DNA of 53,767 nucleotides from a virus. Its lineage: Duplodnaviria > Caudoviricetes. The notes below the pieces were generated by a model. It searched no databases and was not told the origin of the DNA. It saw only the letters and a program-made list of their open reading frames with translations. This document shows positions 25,420 through 37,105 of this stretch, piece after piece (position 1 is the first letter of the stretch; the number at the start of each line of letters is the position of its first letter). The position numbers and the translations under genes were made by a program. The stretch is from IMG/VR virus record IMGVR_UViG_3300021963_000162, positions 1-53,767 of that record. One strand, 5' to 3'.

Positions 25420-28206
25420 ATGACAGCAGATAACCACAAAACATCTCTACTGATAAAGTCACAATTACCTGAGTACATTCGTGACAATCCTGATTATAAC
25501 AATTTTGTTTTGTTTCTAGAAGCTTACTATGAGTGGATGGAACAAAACAATAATGTCTTAAACAGAACCAAAAATTTATTAAATTACAAAGATATTGATA
25601 ACACAACAAATGAATTTTTGGATTACTTTACAAATGAATTCTTACCTTATTTTCCAAAAGACACACTATTAAGTAAAGAAGAAACAATTAAAGTTGCTCG
25701 TGAATTATATCAATCAAAAGGTACACCAGCTTCTTACAAATTTCTATTCAGAATACTTTTCAATTCAGATGTAGATATTTTCTACACTAAAGATGCGGTG
25801 ATGAGAGCATCAGGTGGTGCATGGTATATACCAAAGAGTTTAAAGTTAGCCACAAGCAATGTCAACTTCAGAAATATAAAAAATCTAAGGTTGTTTGGTG
25901 AAACTACCAAATCAATTGCAACAATCGAATCCTCAGTTTTGGCTGGTACAAAGACAGAAGTTTTCATCTCAAATATTGAACGACTGTTTCAATCAGGTGA
26001 ATTTGTTCGTGTTGTTGATTCACAAAACCAAGATTATTTGGTAAACGGCCAACCACTTAGAGCAAAAATTGTTGGTCAAATCAGTCAAATCAAGATTGAT
26101 CCAAAAAATCGTGGACTATTGTACAAAGTTGGAGATCCTGTTGTTGTTACTGGTGGGTTGAACTATGCAAACAGTATTAGTGCAACGGCCGCTGTCAGTG
26201 ATGCAACAAGAGGATCAATAAGAAAAATTGAAGTTGTTGATGGTGGATTAGGTTACAGACTTTCACCAAATACAAATTTGGAAATCTCAGGTGACTCTGG
26301 TGCAAATGCAATTGTAGGCACAATCTATAGTAGTGCCGATCCAAGGTCAATGAATGTTTCTAACATTCCAACTGATACAATTCAATTAAAAAGAAACATC
26401 ACAATAGGAAATACTTCTTATAATTTTAGTAATTTATTAACTGCAAATGCAAATACTAAGTTATCGGATGCATTTACTTTTACTTCTTTCTACACTGCAC
26501 CAATTTCATCTGTAATTATTATGAATTCTGGTGGTGGTATCACAGAAGTACCAACAATAACTCCACATTCAAATTATAATAATGACCTTTATAGTACTGC
26601 CGAACTTTCTTCTTTAGGTATACTTGGTCCAGTACTGATTCAGAATGGTGGCCACGGTTATGTTGTTGATGATGAGGTATTAATTTCTGGTGGAACAGGT
26701 CGTGGTGCCAAAGCCAAAGTAACAACTGTGTCTGCTAGTGGTGCAATCACAAAGGTGACATACTATAATGATAATCTTTATCCAACAGGTGGTATGGGAT
26801 ACAGCAATCAATATTTACCAACCGTAACAGTTGATTCTGCGAATAATCAGGCAGCAAATGCATCACTATATGTAACAGGTACCTTAGGAACTGGTGCTGA
26901 CTTTGATACATTTCTCGACCGTGTTGGTTCAGTCACAACAATTAAGGTCATGGAAACTGGTGAAGATTATATCTCAACACCAAATGTTTCATTAAAGGTA
27001 CAGGATATCATCGTATCTAATGTGTTTATTGCAACACCACCTGTAAAGGGCGATGTAATATATCAAGGTGACGATCCAAACAACTCAATATATCTTGCAA
27101 AAGTAGATTCAAGTTACTTGTTGTCTGCTAATGCAGAACCTACATCTTCATTGTATAATTTACGAGTTTATGATTACACATCTTTACCTAATACAAGCAT
27201 TGAATTAAAAATTGTAGATAAGAATATCAATTTAGTTCCTGCAAATACCAATATAAATTTCACCAGTAGTTACAATAAAAATGGTGTCAAAACATATGGT
27301 GATGGTACCGCCAAGGCAACCGCAACATTCTTAAATGGTTTGGTTGTTGGCCAAGGACAATACCTATCATTACAAGGACAAGCAAGTTCATTTGATGTGT
27401 TGCAGAACGATGTTTACAATAACTTTACATATCAAATTACAGTTGAAAAAGAAATTGCAAAATACAGAGATGTATTGTTAAGTCTATTACATCCAACTGG
27501 TATGAAAGTCTTGGGTCGTTATGCGTTGAAATCGAAAAACAAATATGATTTCCACGGTTTGGAAGCGGTAAACCAAGGACATACATTAGATTACTATACT
27601 GGTTATCCTGCGTCAAAGGCAGTAATCAAAACAGATTTCACAACCAAGAGTAATAACACAGTAACATTTGAGAATTTGGTTGGTGCTGATATTACCACTT
27701 TCATATTTGAGGGTGATTTAATCACTATGAGAAATGCTAATAACAATGTTATTAGTTCAAAGGTGAATGAAGTAATTTCAAATACACAAATTGTAATTGA
27801 CGAAACACCTTGGTTAACATATTCAAATGTGGCAACTGTAACTGCATTGGCCAATTCGAACACTATAAATATAACATCATTGACTGATGCCTATAATATC
27901 ATTAACAATGGAGCATTTAGTAACACTGATTACCCATTGAAAGATATTGTATATGCTGGAGATAATGTTTTAGTTGCCAATAATACAAGTAAGAAAGTTA
28001 AGTCAGTTGATTATGAAAATGGTATAATCACTTTAACAAGCAACCTATCATCTAATGCAAATTCATATTTGACTGTGAATAGAACTTTCGAAGCAACAGA
28101 TGTAACAATTTTCGGACCAATTGGTTTACAATATATTCCAGAACTCATCACAGAAAATGGTGAATCATTAACAACAGAAGATAACAGAATCATCCTATTG
28201 GGGTAA
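25420..28206 (+). CDS. Baseplate wedge initiator (gp7-like)
   Basis: QLPE.IR, FLEAYYEWME, Y.SKGT..S..FLFR.LF and LLHP.G motifs; lies between gp6 and gp8. Confidence 0.75.
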   Translation: MTADNHKTSLLIKSQLPEYIRDNPDYNNFVLFLEAYYEWMEQNNNVLNRTKNLLNYKDIDNTTNEFLDYFTNEFLPYFPKDTLLSKEETIKVARELYQSKGTPASYKFLFRILFNSDVDIFYTKDAVMRASGGAWYIPKSLKLATSNVNFRNIKNLRLFGETTKSIATIESSVLAGTKTEVFISNIERLFQSGEFVRVVDSQNQDYLVNGQPLRAKIVGQISQIKIDPKNRGLLYKVGDPVVVTGGLNYANSISATAAVSDATRGSIRKIEVVDGGLGYRLSPNTNLEISGDSGANAIVGTIYSSADPRSMNVSNIPTDTIQLKRNITIGNTSYNFSNLLTANANTKLSDAFTFTSFYTAPISSVIIMNSGGGITEVPTITPHSNYNNDLYSTAELSSLGILGPVLIQNGGHGYVVDDEVLISGGTGRGAKAKVTTVSASGAITKVTYYNDNLYPTGGMGYSNQYLPTVTVDSANNQAANASLYVTGTLGTGADFDTFLDRVGSVTTIKVMETGEDYISTPNVSLKVQDIIVSNVFIATPPVKGDVIYQGDDPNNSIYLAKVDSSYLLSANAEPTSSLYNLRVYDYTSLPNTSIELKIVDKNINLVPANTNINFTSSYNKNGVKTYGDGTAKATATFLNGLVVGQGQYLSLQGQASSFDVLQNDVYNNFTYQITVEKEIAKYRDVLLSLLHPTGMKVLGRYALKSKNKYDFHGLEAVNQGHTLDYYTGYPASKAVIKTDFTTKSNNTVTFENLVGADITTFIFEGDLITMRNANNNVISSKVNEVISNTQIVIDETPWLTYSNVATVTALANSNTINITSLTDAYNIINNGAFSNTDYPLKDIVYAGDNVLVANNTSKKVKSVDYENGIITLTSNLSSNANSYLTVNRTFEATDVTIFGPIGLQYIPELITENGESLTTEDNRIILLG

Positions 28207-28209
28207 ACA

Positions 28210-30270
28210 ATGTCAACAGTAAAAATTTCACAATTAGCACCTATTCCATCAATTCGTGCCAATACTTCCAACACCATAATGATAGGTGTGGATATTCCAA
28301 CGGGTGTAACAGGTAGATTCACCGCAAGAACATTAGCTCGTGACCTATACGCAAATGATTTATTGAATGTTGGTAACAATGCAACTGTTTTACCTAATAC
28401 GGTGGCACAATTTGCATTGTCAGGTAATTCATACATTCAAACCAACCTTGTAAATTCTAATGATGGTGGTACTGCCGACATGGTAATTACTGCCAACACA
28501 GGTACAGATACAACATACTTTGTTGATTTTGGTTTTGCAAATAAAGATTTTGTACCTGGCACAGAATATAATAGTCTAGGCACCGCAATTTATCCGTTAG
28601 ATGCATACATGTATGTACAAGGTGATGAAGGAGAACTTGGTGGTAACTTAACAATAGGTACAACCACAAGCAATACAGAAATTAAATTTATTGCAGGTGG
28701 TGGTGCATCAGGAAATGTTGTTGCAAAGATTAAACATGGCGGTTTTTATTTGGTAAATGACCATGCAATTACATTCTCTGATGGTACAGTACAGGATACA
28801 TCACCAGCGGCAGCAGGTTTATCTGCCAATGCAGCATTCTCAAAAGCAAATTCATCTTATCAATCACAGAATACTACAGGAACATATGCAAACTCAGCAT
28901 ATGCATCTTCAAACTCTGCATCATTGTATGCCAACAGTGCTTTTGTTCAATCAAACGCAGCTTATTTGCAAGCAAATACACCAACTCATGTAGCCAATTC
29001 TGCGGCCTTATATGCAAATAATTCTTTTGTTCAATCAAATGCGGCATTCATTTACGCCAACTCAGCATATGCAATGGCAAACTTGGCATATACTAATTCA
29101 GCAGACGCAGCATTTTTACAATCTAATGCATCATTCTTAAAGGCCAATTCTGCATATGGCAGCCAGAATACAACTGGAATTTATGCCAACTCTGCATATG
29201 CTCAGGCAAATACTGCAACTTCTGATGCCTCTGGTGCTTCTCTGTATGCTAATACTGGATTCAACTATGCAAACTCTGCATACACTAAGGCCAATTCTGC
29301 ATACACTATTGCAACATCGGCAAACGGTCAATTAGCAATAATTACTCCAATCGCACAACAAGCATACACATGGGGTGAAGGTGCATTACAAAATACTTCA
29401 GGTACATTTGCTGGTTCTTTGGCAATCACAGGCAACTTATCATTATTGAATGGTTCATTATCATCATCAGGAAATATGACTGTTAATGGTACGATTGTTA
29501 TGGCCAACTCCAACTTCTCTGCAACAGAGGCGGCACTAACAATCAAAGCAACTGCAAATGTGGCACTACCATCCAACGATGGTTATATGTTACATATTTC
29601 CGGTAAACAAAACACTGCATCACGTATTGTATTTGATTCTTATAGTGTGACAGGTAATGCTTACTCTGTTATTGCTGGTCGTACTGCAAGAGGTACAGTC
29701 GATGCACCACTACCAGTGGCCAATGGCGACATTCTGATGCGTGTTTCTGGTAATGGTAGAGGTAATACAGATTGGCAACAATTTGGTGTTGCTCGTATAG
29801 ACATTGTTGCAACAGAAGATTATACGGATGCACACCGTGGTTCTCAGATTCAATTATGGAATTGTCCAATCGGTTCAAACACACTACAAAAAATTGCATC
29901 ATTTAATGGTGACGATGTTCATTTTGCTGGTGTGGTTAATCCTGCAAAAGGTTTTATCTATACACCTAGAATTTTACAAGGCGCTCAGACTGCGATTACA
30001 ATCGACTTTACAACCGACTCTATGATTCGTGGCACATTCTCAGCAACAGTAACAAATTCTTTCTCAAACTATGTTGCAGGTAAAGTCGTTGAAATGTGGT
30101 TGACCAATACCGCAGGTAACGGACAAACTGTTGTGCATGGATGTTTGGCAAACAACTCAACTATTGGCGCAACATCATTGTCGGTTGCATCTGGTCGTTC
30201 AGTCTACTTAAAGTACTTTAGTGTTGATGGTGACCAAGCAAATACTTTTGTTGCAGTAACATACGCTTAA
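28210..30270 (+). CDS. Fibre-like virion protein with ANSAY coiled-coil repeats
   Basis: VKISQL N-motif; repeated YANSAF.QAN heptads. Confidence 0.6.
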   Translation: MSTVKISQLAPIPSIRANTSNTIMIGVDIPTGVTGRFTARTLARDLYANDLLNVGNNATVLPNTVAQFALSGNSYIQTNLVNSNDGGTADMVITANTGTDTTYFVDFGFANKDFVPGTEYNSLGTAIYPLDAYMYVQGDEGELGGNLTIGTTTSNTEIKFIAGGGASGNVVAKIKHGGFYLVNDHAITFSDGTVQDTSPAAAGLSANAAFSKANSSYQSQNTTGTYANSAYASSNSASLYANSAFVQSNAAYLQANTPTHVANSAALYANNSFVQSNAAFIYANSAYAMANLAYTNSADAAFLQSNASFLKANSAYGSQNTTGIYANSAYAQANTATSDASGASLYANTGFNYANSAYTKANSAYTIATSANGQLAIITPIAQQAYTWGEGALQNTSGTFAGSLAITGNLSLLNGSLSSSGNMTVNGTIVMANSNFSATEAALTIKATANVALPSNDGYMLHISGKQNTASRIVFDSYSVTGNAYSVIAGRTARGTVDAPLPVANGDILMRVSGNGRGNTDWQQFGVARIDIVATEDYTDAHRGSQIQLWNCPIGSNTLQKIASFNGDDVHFAGVVNPAKGFIYTPRILQGAQTAITIDFTTDSMIRGTFSATVTNSFSNYVAGKVVEMWLTNTAGNGQTVVHGCLANNSTIGATSLSVASGRSVYLKYFSVDGDQANTFVAVTYA

Positions 30271-30280
30271 TAAATAAACC

Positions 30281-31681
30281 ATGTCAAATAAAAATACTAT
30301 CACATACGGTGCCAAAGTATCACAAATAGAACAGGTGTATTACGGGCCTGTTTCTGTGATTCCACCTTCAACTACAATACCAGTGACAACAACATATTGT
30401 TTTTTGTCTAAGGCAGAACCTTGGGAAGATGATTTAAATCCACCTGTACCAAATTCAGACCAAAAGGCAATCAAACAAATCTTTAAAAATATGTTTGTTG
30501 CCAAGAAAATTAAGTCAAATGATATTTCTCCTGTGATTGAGAGAATTGATTGGTCTAATGGTACAATATACGATATTTACCGTGATGATATTGATGTTTT
30601 AGAAAAAGATGTAAATGGTTATGTAAGATATCATTTTTATGTTAAGAACTCTTATGACCAAGTTTTCAAATGCCTTTGGAATAACAATGACGATGAGTCA
30701 ACTGATGAACCTTATTTTGAACCAGGTTCTTATGACACAAACAACATATTCAAAGGTTCGGATGGTTATAAATGGAAATACATTTACACAATTGATCCAG
30801 GTAAAAAAGTAAAATTCATGGATTCAGAATGGATGCCAGTGCCTGTTGGTGCAAATACTCCAAACCCATTAGTTACCAGTGCAGGTGCAGGAAGTATAGA
30901 CTCCATTAATGTGATTAATGGTGGGTCAGGATACGATCCAGGTAACTCCGTTATTACAGTTGTTGTAACTGGTGACGGAACAGGTGCGGCTGCCGTAGCC
31001 GACATATCTGGTGGTGTAATACAAGATATTTTAATAACAAATCCTGGTACTAATTACACATATACCGAGGCTCACATCAGTTCAACTACTGGTTCAGGTG
31101 CAGTATTGCAAGCCAATTCTTCTCCTATTGGTGGCCATGGGTTCGATCCTATTTCTGAATTGGGTTGTGCTCATGTAATGTATACTTGTGAATTCAATGG
31201 TGATGAAGATGGTGCCATACCAACCGATATAGATTTTCACCAACTTGGGTTACTAATCAACCCAACAACGCAAAGCAGATATTTGGATGCCAAAAACGAT
31301 TTATCACCAACACCATATCCAGCAAATGGTGATATATATAGAACAACCACAGATGTGATTGTTGCACCAGGTTTTGGAGAATATGAAAGTGATGAGTTTG
31401 TTTATCAAGGTGGATTAACAATAGAAACAGCCACATTTACAGCAAGAGTTTTAAGTTTTGACACCTCAAGCAATGTGGTTAAGTTGATAAATATATCTGG
31501 AAGTCCAATTACAAACGCACCACTTTTCAGCAATACATCTAAAACAACAAGAACATTACTAACAACTAGTGAACCAAATTTTACAATACATTCAGGATAT
31601 ATTTCCTTTATTGAAAACAGAACTGGTGTCACAAGAAGCGCTGACGGAATAGAACAAATTAGATTTGTATTAGGTTACTAA
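30281..31681 (+). CDS. gp8: Baseplate wedge subunit gp8
   Basis: R.DW..GT.YD.Y, FYV.N....VFKCL.N, DGYKWKY.YT, GGHG.DP..ELG and ENR....R...EQI motifs. Confidence 0.9.
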   Translation: MSNKNTITYGAKVSQIEQVYYGPVSVIPPSTTIPVTTTYCFLSKAEPWEDDLNPPVPNSDQKAIKQIFKNMFVAKKIKSNDISPVIERIDWSNGTIYDIYRDDIDVLEKDVNGYVRYHFYVKNSYDQVFKCLWNNNDDESTDEPYFEPGSYDTNNIFKGSDGYKWKYIYTIDPGKKVKFMDSEWMPVPVGANTPNPLVTSAGAGSIDSINVINGGSGYDPGNSVITVVVTGDGTGAAAVADISGGVIQDILITNPGTNYTYTEAHISSTTGSGAVLQANSSPIGGHGFDPISELGCAHVMYTCEFNGDEDGAIPTDIDFHQLGLLINPTTQSRYLDAKNDLSPTPYPANGDIYRTTTDVIVAPGFGEYESDEFVYQGGLTIETATFTARVLSFDTSSNVVKLINISGSPITNAPLFSNTSKTTRTLLTTSEPNFTIHSGYISFIENRTGVTRSADGIEQIRFVLGY

Positions 31682-31690
31682 AGGAAAAAA

Positions 31691-34600
31691 ATGGCTATCA
31701 ATTTTAATGTCAAACCGTACCACGATGACTTTGATCCTTCAAAGAATTTTCATAGAATCTTATTCAAACCAGGTTCTGCGGTTCAGGCTCGTGAATTAAC
31801 TCAATCACAAACAATACTACAAAGTCAAATTTCTAAGTTTGCTGATAACATTTTTTCACAAAATACACCAGTAACTGGTGGTAAAGTTACAACAAACTTA
31901 AATTGTAGTTACATTAAGTTAAACAAACAACAAAACAATATTGATATTGTTGCGTCAGATTTTAAGAATAGATTGATTCAAGATGCTAGTGGCACTATTC
32001 TTGCAAAGGTTGTTGCAACTGCTGAATCAATTGGCACAGATATTTCTTCTACTGAACCACCAACTTTGATTGTTAACTATCTGTCTGGTGTTCAGTTCAC
32101 AGACAACATGACTATCTATACAGCTGATGATTCTAATTACACTGCAACAACAATTGGTGTTGATGGTGAAACAACATGCACTGGGTTGGCATCAGTATCA
32201 TCCATTTCAGAAGGTGTTTTCTATGTTAGAAATGGTTACTACTCATCTCCAACACAAAATGAAGATGGTACATATAGCAAATATTCTATTGGTAATTTTG
32301 TTTCAGTTCAACCACAGACAACTATATTAAGCAAGTATAGTAATACACCTTCATTCCGTATTGGTTTACAAATTTATGAAACAATTGTGGACTATGTTGA
32401 TGATTCTTCATTATTGGATCCAGCAATTGGTGCATCAAATTATCAAGCACCAGGTGCAGACAGATATCAAATCAATTTAATATTGACCGCATTACCATTA
32501 ACAGTTGGTAATGATGACCAATTCATTGAGTTAGTTCGTATTGATAATGGTAAGATTGTTAAACAAGTTGACGGTACGGTTTATTCTGTAATTGATGATT
32601 ACTTTGCAAAGCGTGATTATGAATCCAATGGTGACTATATTGTTACTGAATTTAAAATTACACCATCAACAAACACAATCAATTCTTCTACATATGATTT
32701 GGGTATTGGAAAAGGCCTTGCATATGTACACGGTTATAGAATTGAAAATCAATCGAATCTTGTTCTTACAAACGACAGAGCTAGAACAACAGATAGTATT
32801 TTAAACAATGCCATCTTTATTGATTATGGTAGTTATTTGACCGTCAATAGTGTAAAAGGTACTTTTGATGTTACTACAATGCCAAAAATTGATTTGCATT
32901 GTGTTGGTAACTCAGGTATCTCTACGGCAAATACAACAACATATAATTCGACATTGGTTGGTTCTGCTAATATTAGAAACTTACAATATGTAAGTAGCAC
33001 CTCTGATAGTAATACCGCAACATATGTTTACAGAGCATACATCTCTGATGTTAGCACAACAACATTAACTGGTACTGCTGTGACTGGTACTGCAACAACC
33101 ATTTCATTGCCAGTTACTGCACAATTCTCTACTGTAACTGATGCATATTATGGTGCATCTATCACAGTCAATACTTCTGGTACAATAGATACTAGAAAAA
33201 TTACTGCATATAACGGTACAACTAGAGTTGCCACTGTTGATTCAGCGTTTACAATTAATCCAACAAATTCAAGCACCTTTACAATATCATTTTCTACCTC
33301 AACAGTAGAATCTATTGTTCGTAGAAACTCAAGTGATGTTATTATTTCAACTGCAAACATTGATTTGTCTGGTAAAAGAAATGGACTTGTTACTGGTGAT
33401 ACGATTCTAGAAAATCCAAACACACCTGAGTTGGTATTCCCTATTGGATACTCATACATAGCTAATGTATCCAATAGTAACTATGTTTCCACAAAAGTAT
33501 ATCGTGACCAAACAATCTCCGGTGGTGAATTATCAATTGCAATACCATCAGGAACACCATATACATTCTTAGGTACTTCTGGTGCATTATCATCTGATGT
33601 TAAAAAACAAAACTTTATTGTTATTGATAGAACATCAGGCCAAATTTTAGATTTTATTTCCAGTGGAAATACAATATCTCTTTCATCAGATAAAAAGACA
33701 GCAACATTTGCATCAAGCACTTATTCGGGTTATAATGTAGATGTTATTTGTGATTTGAATGTTTCAAATGCTGATAACACAAGCAGTATTTTGAAAATTA
33801 AAAACCTAGTTGAAGGTAACACAGGTGGTGTTCACATCAACGGCACACTTGTAAATACAAATTTCTATGTTGATTTAACCAACGGCCAAACATATATCAA
33901 AAGAGCTGGCATAACTAAAACAACCAGTTTATATGTGTCTGATGTTAAACAAATTGTTAAAATTATTGACACTAAGGATCCTACAGTCGATCCAACAGTT
34001 GCAATGTTAACTGATGCATCATATGATGTAACAAATCTATTCACATTGGATAATGGTCAAAGAGATAATTATTATGACCATGCATCGGTTAAATTAGTTT
34101 CTGGTGCAAATCTTCCAAAAGGTAACTTATTGGTCATATATGATTTCTACTCACACTCTGGTGGTGATGGTTACTTCAGTATCAAATCTTATTTGTCACC
34201 AAATTCTTCCTCTCCAGAAGTTTATCAAGAAATACCTACTTTCATAAGCAGACGAGGAACCAAATATAAATTATCCGACTGTGTTGATTTCAGACCAGTT
34301 AGAAAAAATGCTGTATCAACTTTAACATACAGATATACAGGAAACCCAACTGTTGACGATTCTGGTATTATGTTACCACAAAACTTGAATGAATATGTTA
34401 GTGATTATAGTTACTATCTTGGCAGAAAAGATAAATTGGTTTTGACCAAGGATCGTTCATTTAAAATTATTAGTGGCACACCTTCTGTAACGCCAGTATA
34501 TCCAACAGAACCTGATGGTTCATTGGTGTTGGCAAAATTAGACCACAATCCATACACTGCATTTATTCCAGGTGAAATTAGTGGACAAATCAACTCAGAC

Positions 34601-37084
34601 TTGTCTATTGAGAAAGTACTTCACAAAAACTGGGTCAAACGAGACATTACTGATTTGCAGACCAGAGTTAACAACCTTGAGTATTATTCATCATTGAGTT
34701 TGTTGGAATCTAATGCACAATCATTACAAGTACCAGATGTTAATGGTTTGAATCGTTTCAAGAACGGTATTCTTGTTGATGACTTCTCATCATACTCAAC
34801 AGCCGATACAGAAAATGCAGACTATGCTGCTAAAATTAATGTAAGAACTAAACAACTTACACCATTGACTTTGGTTGACAACTTCCAATTGCAAAACCCA
34901 ACTGTGTTGAATTCTTTAGGAACATTAAAGAAAACAAACAACTTTGCAATTTCAAGCATTTCTGGTACTAACACGAATGTATTTACTCTACCTTACACAA
35001 GTTCAAATGTTGTTATTCAACAACTAGCATCAAGCACAGTTAGTTTGAATCCATTTGGTGTTGCCATTTATGAAGGTGTTGCTAGACTTAACCCTCCAAT
35101 GGACAATTGGGTTGATAACACTCAAGCACCAGCCATTGTTGTGGTTGATCCTTCTATCGAAGTATACCAAGAAACAAATGGTGTAAACATTTTAAATGCT
35201 GGAGATTTTGCAACAATTCCAGGAACTTCTAGTTCATCATCAAGTTCATCTACAAGTGGACGAACAGTAACAACTACCACAAAAAATTATGCTGACCAAC
35301 TGAGAAATATTACTTCAGGAAGTTATTCACAAGTTTCTTCTACAATTGGAAGTGAGAATGGTTATCTGACCAATATTGCTGTTCTTCCATATATCAGAGC
35401 ACAACAAATTGTTTTCAAAGCTAAAGGCCTATTGGTTAACACTCCAGTAAACGCATACTTTGATGGTCAAGATGTTAGCCAATACATTCAAACACCAAAT
35501 ACAATTGAGTTGAAAGATGTTACTGGTACATTCAATGAAGATGATGTTGTTGGATTCTTTTACACAAATAAATTTTATCCAACAGCTCGTGTAGTTTCAA
35601 CATACAAATATCCAAACACAACAAAAGTTAGATTGTATGTTGCTAACTTACTTGGTGCACCAAATTATTCACCAACAAACTCCATTAGAAATGCTACATT
35701 CGATTCAAGTGGTGTTTATAGTGGCACAACCGCAAATGGTACAATTGATGATTCTGTTATTCCTTTATCAACATCGGGTGTAATTAGTGGCATTGGTGGA
35801 AGTTACACTGCTAACAATGAGCCTAATTTACAAATCTATAGGGTAAAAAACAGTCATGATTGGGGTACATTCTTAAATCAATATGGTGTTTGGGGTGATT
35901 TAAAACACACTGCAAGTTATTCAGCTTCATTTGTGTATGCACCACCAGAAACAGGAACATATACAATTCAATGTTCTTCAACAGGATCAGCAACTGTTAA
36001 ATCTAATACAACCACAATTGTTACATCTAGTGATCCAAAAACTGTAACTACCGCAACATTAAATATTACTAATTTAAATACTAGAACATTGTCTTGGACT
36101 GTTACTGGTTCAAATACAGGTTCTTCTGGATTTGCTTTGGTTATTAAAGATCCAAAAGGCAAAATTGTATTCCAGTCAACAAATCCTCCAAATTTAAATT
36201 ACGATTCAGTTGCACAGGAAATTATTTTGCCTCAAGGTGGTGCTTGGTTTACTGGTGTGACTAGATTGAAATTAGATTCACGAGCAACAAACATTGATGA
36301 TTATTATGTTGGTGCAAAAATCAATATAACAAGTAAATTCATACAAGAATATATTACCGAAACAGCCACATATGTTGCACCTAAAGCATCTAGTGGTGGT
36401 GGAGGTGGCGGCGGTTCAAATTGCTTTACATCAGAAACTATTGTTGATACCATAACTGGTAAAAAGAAAATTGTTGATATTAAAATTGGCGATAAAGTGT
36501 GGAACAAAAACAAAACTGAATTGAATACAGTTACTTTTGTCGAAAAAGCTTTGGATACAAATTTTGGTTCACTGTACACACCATCAAAAGATTTTGAACC
36601 GTTTGCGACTATCGAACATCCTTTGTATATTGATGGTAAATTGTCTGCTGTTGATCCTAAGGTGGTAGAAAATTATTATCCATGGTTAGGTAAAATGGAA
36701 AAAATTGATCCAGTGAAAGTTTCTCCGTCAGAAGGCAAAATGGTTTATAACCTATGGACCGATGGTGATGGAACATATACAGTTAATGGATATGGAACAA
36801 CAACAATCATTGGTGATGGTGGGGTGTTGAGATTGATGTTAGAAAAAGAAGTTGTGACTAACGATATTGTCGAAACGGTATTGAACACATGTATTTCTGC
36901 CGGAAAAGATACATCATATGGTGCTTATCTAATAAACAACACATTCGGCAAATTGAATGTCAGTCTTGTGAATAATTTACTGGTCAAAGCATTCAAAGAT
37001 GATACAAGTCCAAACACACGAAAAACTGTGATGACAATATTTAAACTGGTTGGAAAAATTGCTTGTATTATCAACAATAAATAA
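31691..37084 (+). CDS. Large virion structural protein (VrlC/DUF4815-like), N-terminal part, ending in a Hint domain
   Basis: NFNV.PY.DDFD..KNFHRILFKPG..VQARELTQ.Q, APGADR and NRFKNG..VD.F motifs; poly-Gly linker, then CFTSET...TIEHP...VYNL. Confidence 0.85.
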   Translation: MAINFNVKPYHDDFDPSKNFHRILFKPGSAVQARELTQSQTILQSQISKFADNIFSQNTPVTGGKVTTNLNCSYIKLNKQQNNIDIVASDFKNRLIQDASGTILAKVVATAESIGTDISSTEPPTLIVNYLSGVQFTDNMTIYTADDSNYTATTIGVDGETTCTGLASVSSISEGVFYVRNGYYSSPTQNEDGTYSKYSIGNFVSVQPQTTILSKYSNTPSFRIGLQIYETIVDYVDDSSLLDPAIGASNYQAPGADRYQINLILTALPLTVGNDDQFIELVRIDNGKIVKQVDGTVYSVIDDYFAKRDYESNGDYIVTEFKITPSTNTINSSTYDLGIGKGLAYVHGYRIENQSNLVLTNDRARTTDSILNNAIFIDYGSYLTVNSVKGTFDVTTMPKIDLHCVGNSGISTANTTTYNSTLVGSANIRNLQYVSSTSDSNTATYVYRAYISDVSTTTLTGTAVTGTATTISLPVTAQFSTVTDAYYGASITVNTSGTIDTRKITAYNGTTRVATVDSAFTINPTNSSTFTISFSTSTVESIVRRNSSDVIISTANIDLSGKRNGLVTGDTILENPNTPELVFPIGYSYIANVSNSNYVSTKVYRDQTISGGELSIAIPSGTPYTFLGTSGALSSDVKKQNFIVIDRTSGQILDFISSGNTISLSSDKKTATFASSTYSGYNVDVICDLNVSNADNTSSILKIKNLVEGNTGGVHINGTLVNTNFYVDLTNGQTYIKRAGITKTTSLYVSDVKQIVKIIDTKDPTVDPTVAMLTDASYDVTNLFTLDNGQRDNYYDHASVKLVSGANLPKGNLLVIYDFYSHSGGDGYFSIKSYLSPNSSSPEVYQEIPTFISRRGTKYKLSDCVDFRPVRKNAVSTLTYRYTGNPTVDDSGIMLPQNLNEYVSDYSYYLGRKDKLVLTKDRSFKIISGTPSVTPVYPTEPDGSLVLAKLDHNPYTAFIPGEISGQINSDLSIEKVLHKNWVKRDITDLQTRVNNLEYYSSLSLLESNAQSLQVPDVNGLNRFKNGILVDDFSSYSTADTENADYAAKINVRTKQLTPLTLVDNFQLQNPTVLNSLGTLKKTNNFAISSISGTNTNVFTLPYTSSNVVIQQLASSTVSLNPFGVAIYEGVARLNPPMDNWVDNTQAPAIVVVDPSIEVYQETNGVNILNAGDFATIPGTSSSSSSSSTSGRTVTTTTKNYADQLRNITSGSYSQVSSTIGSENGYLTNIAVLPYIRAQQIVFKAKGLLVNTPVNAYFDGQDVSQYIQTPNTIELKDVTGTFNEDDVVGFFYTNKFYPTARVVSTYKYPNTTKVRLYVANLLGAPNYSPTNSIRNATFDSSGVYSGTTANGTIDDSVIPLSTSGVISGIGGSYTANNEPNLQIYRVKNSHDWGTFLNQYGVWGDLKHTASYSASFVYAPPETGTYTIQCSSTGSATVKSNTTTIVTSSDPKTVTTATLNITNLNTRTLSWTVTGSNTGSSGFALVIKDPKGKIVFQSTNPPNLNYDSVAQEIILPQGGAWFTGVTRLKLDSRATNIDDYYVGAKINITSKFIQEYITETATYVAPKASSGGGGGGGSNCFTSETIVDTITGKKKIVDIKIGDKVWNKNKTELNTVTFVEKALDTNFGSLYTPSKDFEPFATIEHPLYIDGKLSAVDPKVVENYYPWLGKMEKIDPVKVSPSEGKMVYNLWTDGDGTYTVNGYGTTTIIGDGGVLRLMLEKEVVTNDIVETVLNTCISAGKDTSYGAYLINNTFGKLNVSLVNNLLVKAFKDDTSPNTRKTVMTIFKLVGKIACIINNK
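36422..36805 (+). other. Hint (intein/Hedgehog-like) autoprocessing domain lacking the terminal His-Asn
   Basis: Block A CFTSET (Cys1578), I.DIKIGDKV, block B TxxH (TIEH), block F VYNL...TYTVNG; block G reads YGTTT. Confidence 0.8.
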
Positions 37085-37105
37085 TAGATTACTTGGAAAA
37101 AATAA

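Noticed and set aside
36422-36805. Canonical splicing intein or homing endonuclease
   Set aside because: It lacks the block G His-Asn and any LAGLIDADG or HNH domain, and no host-protein C-extein follows in the same ORF.
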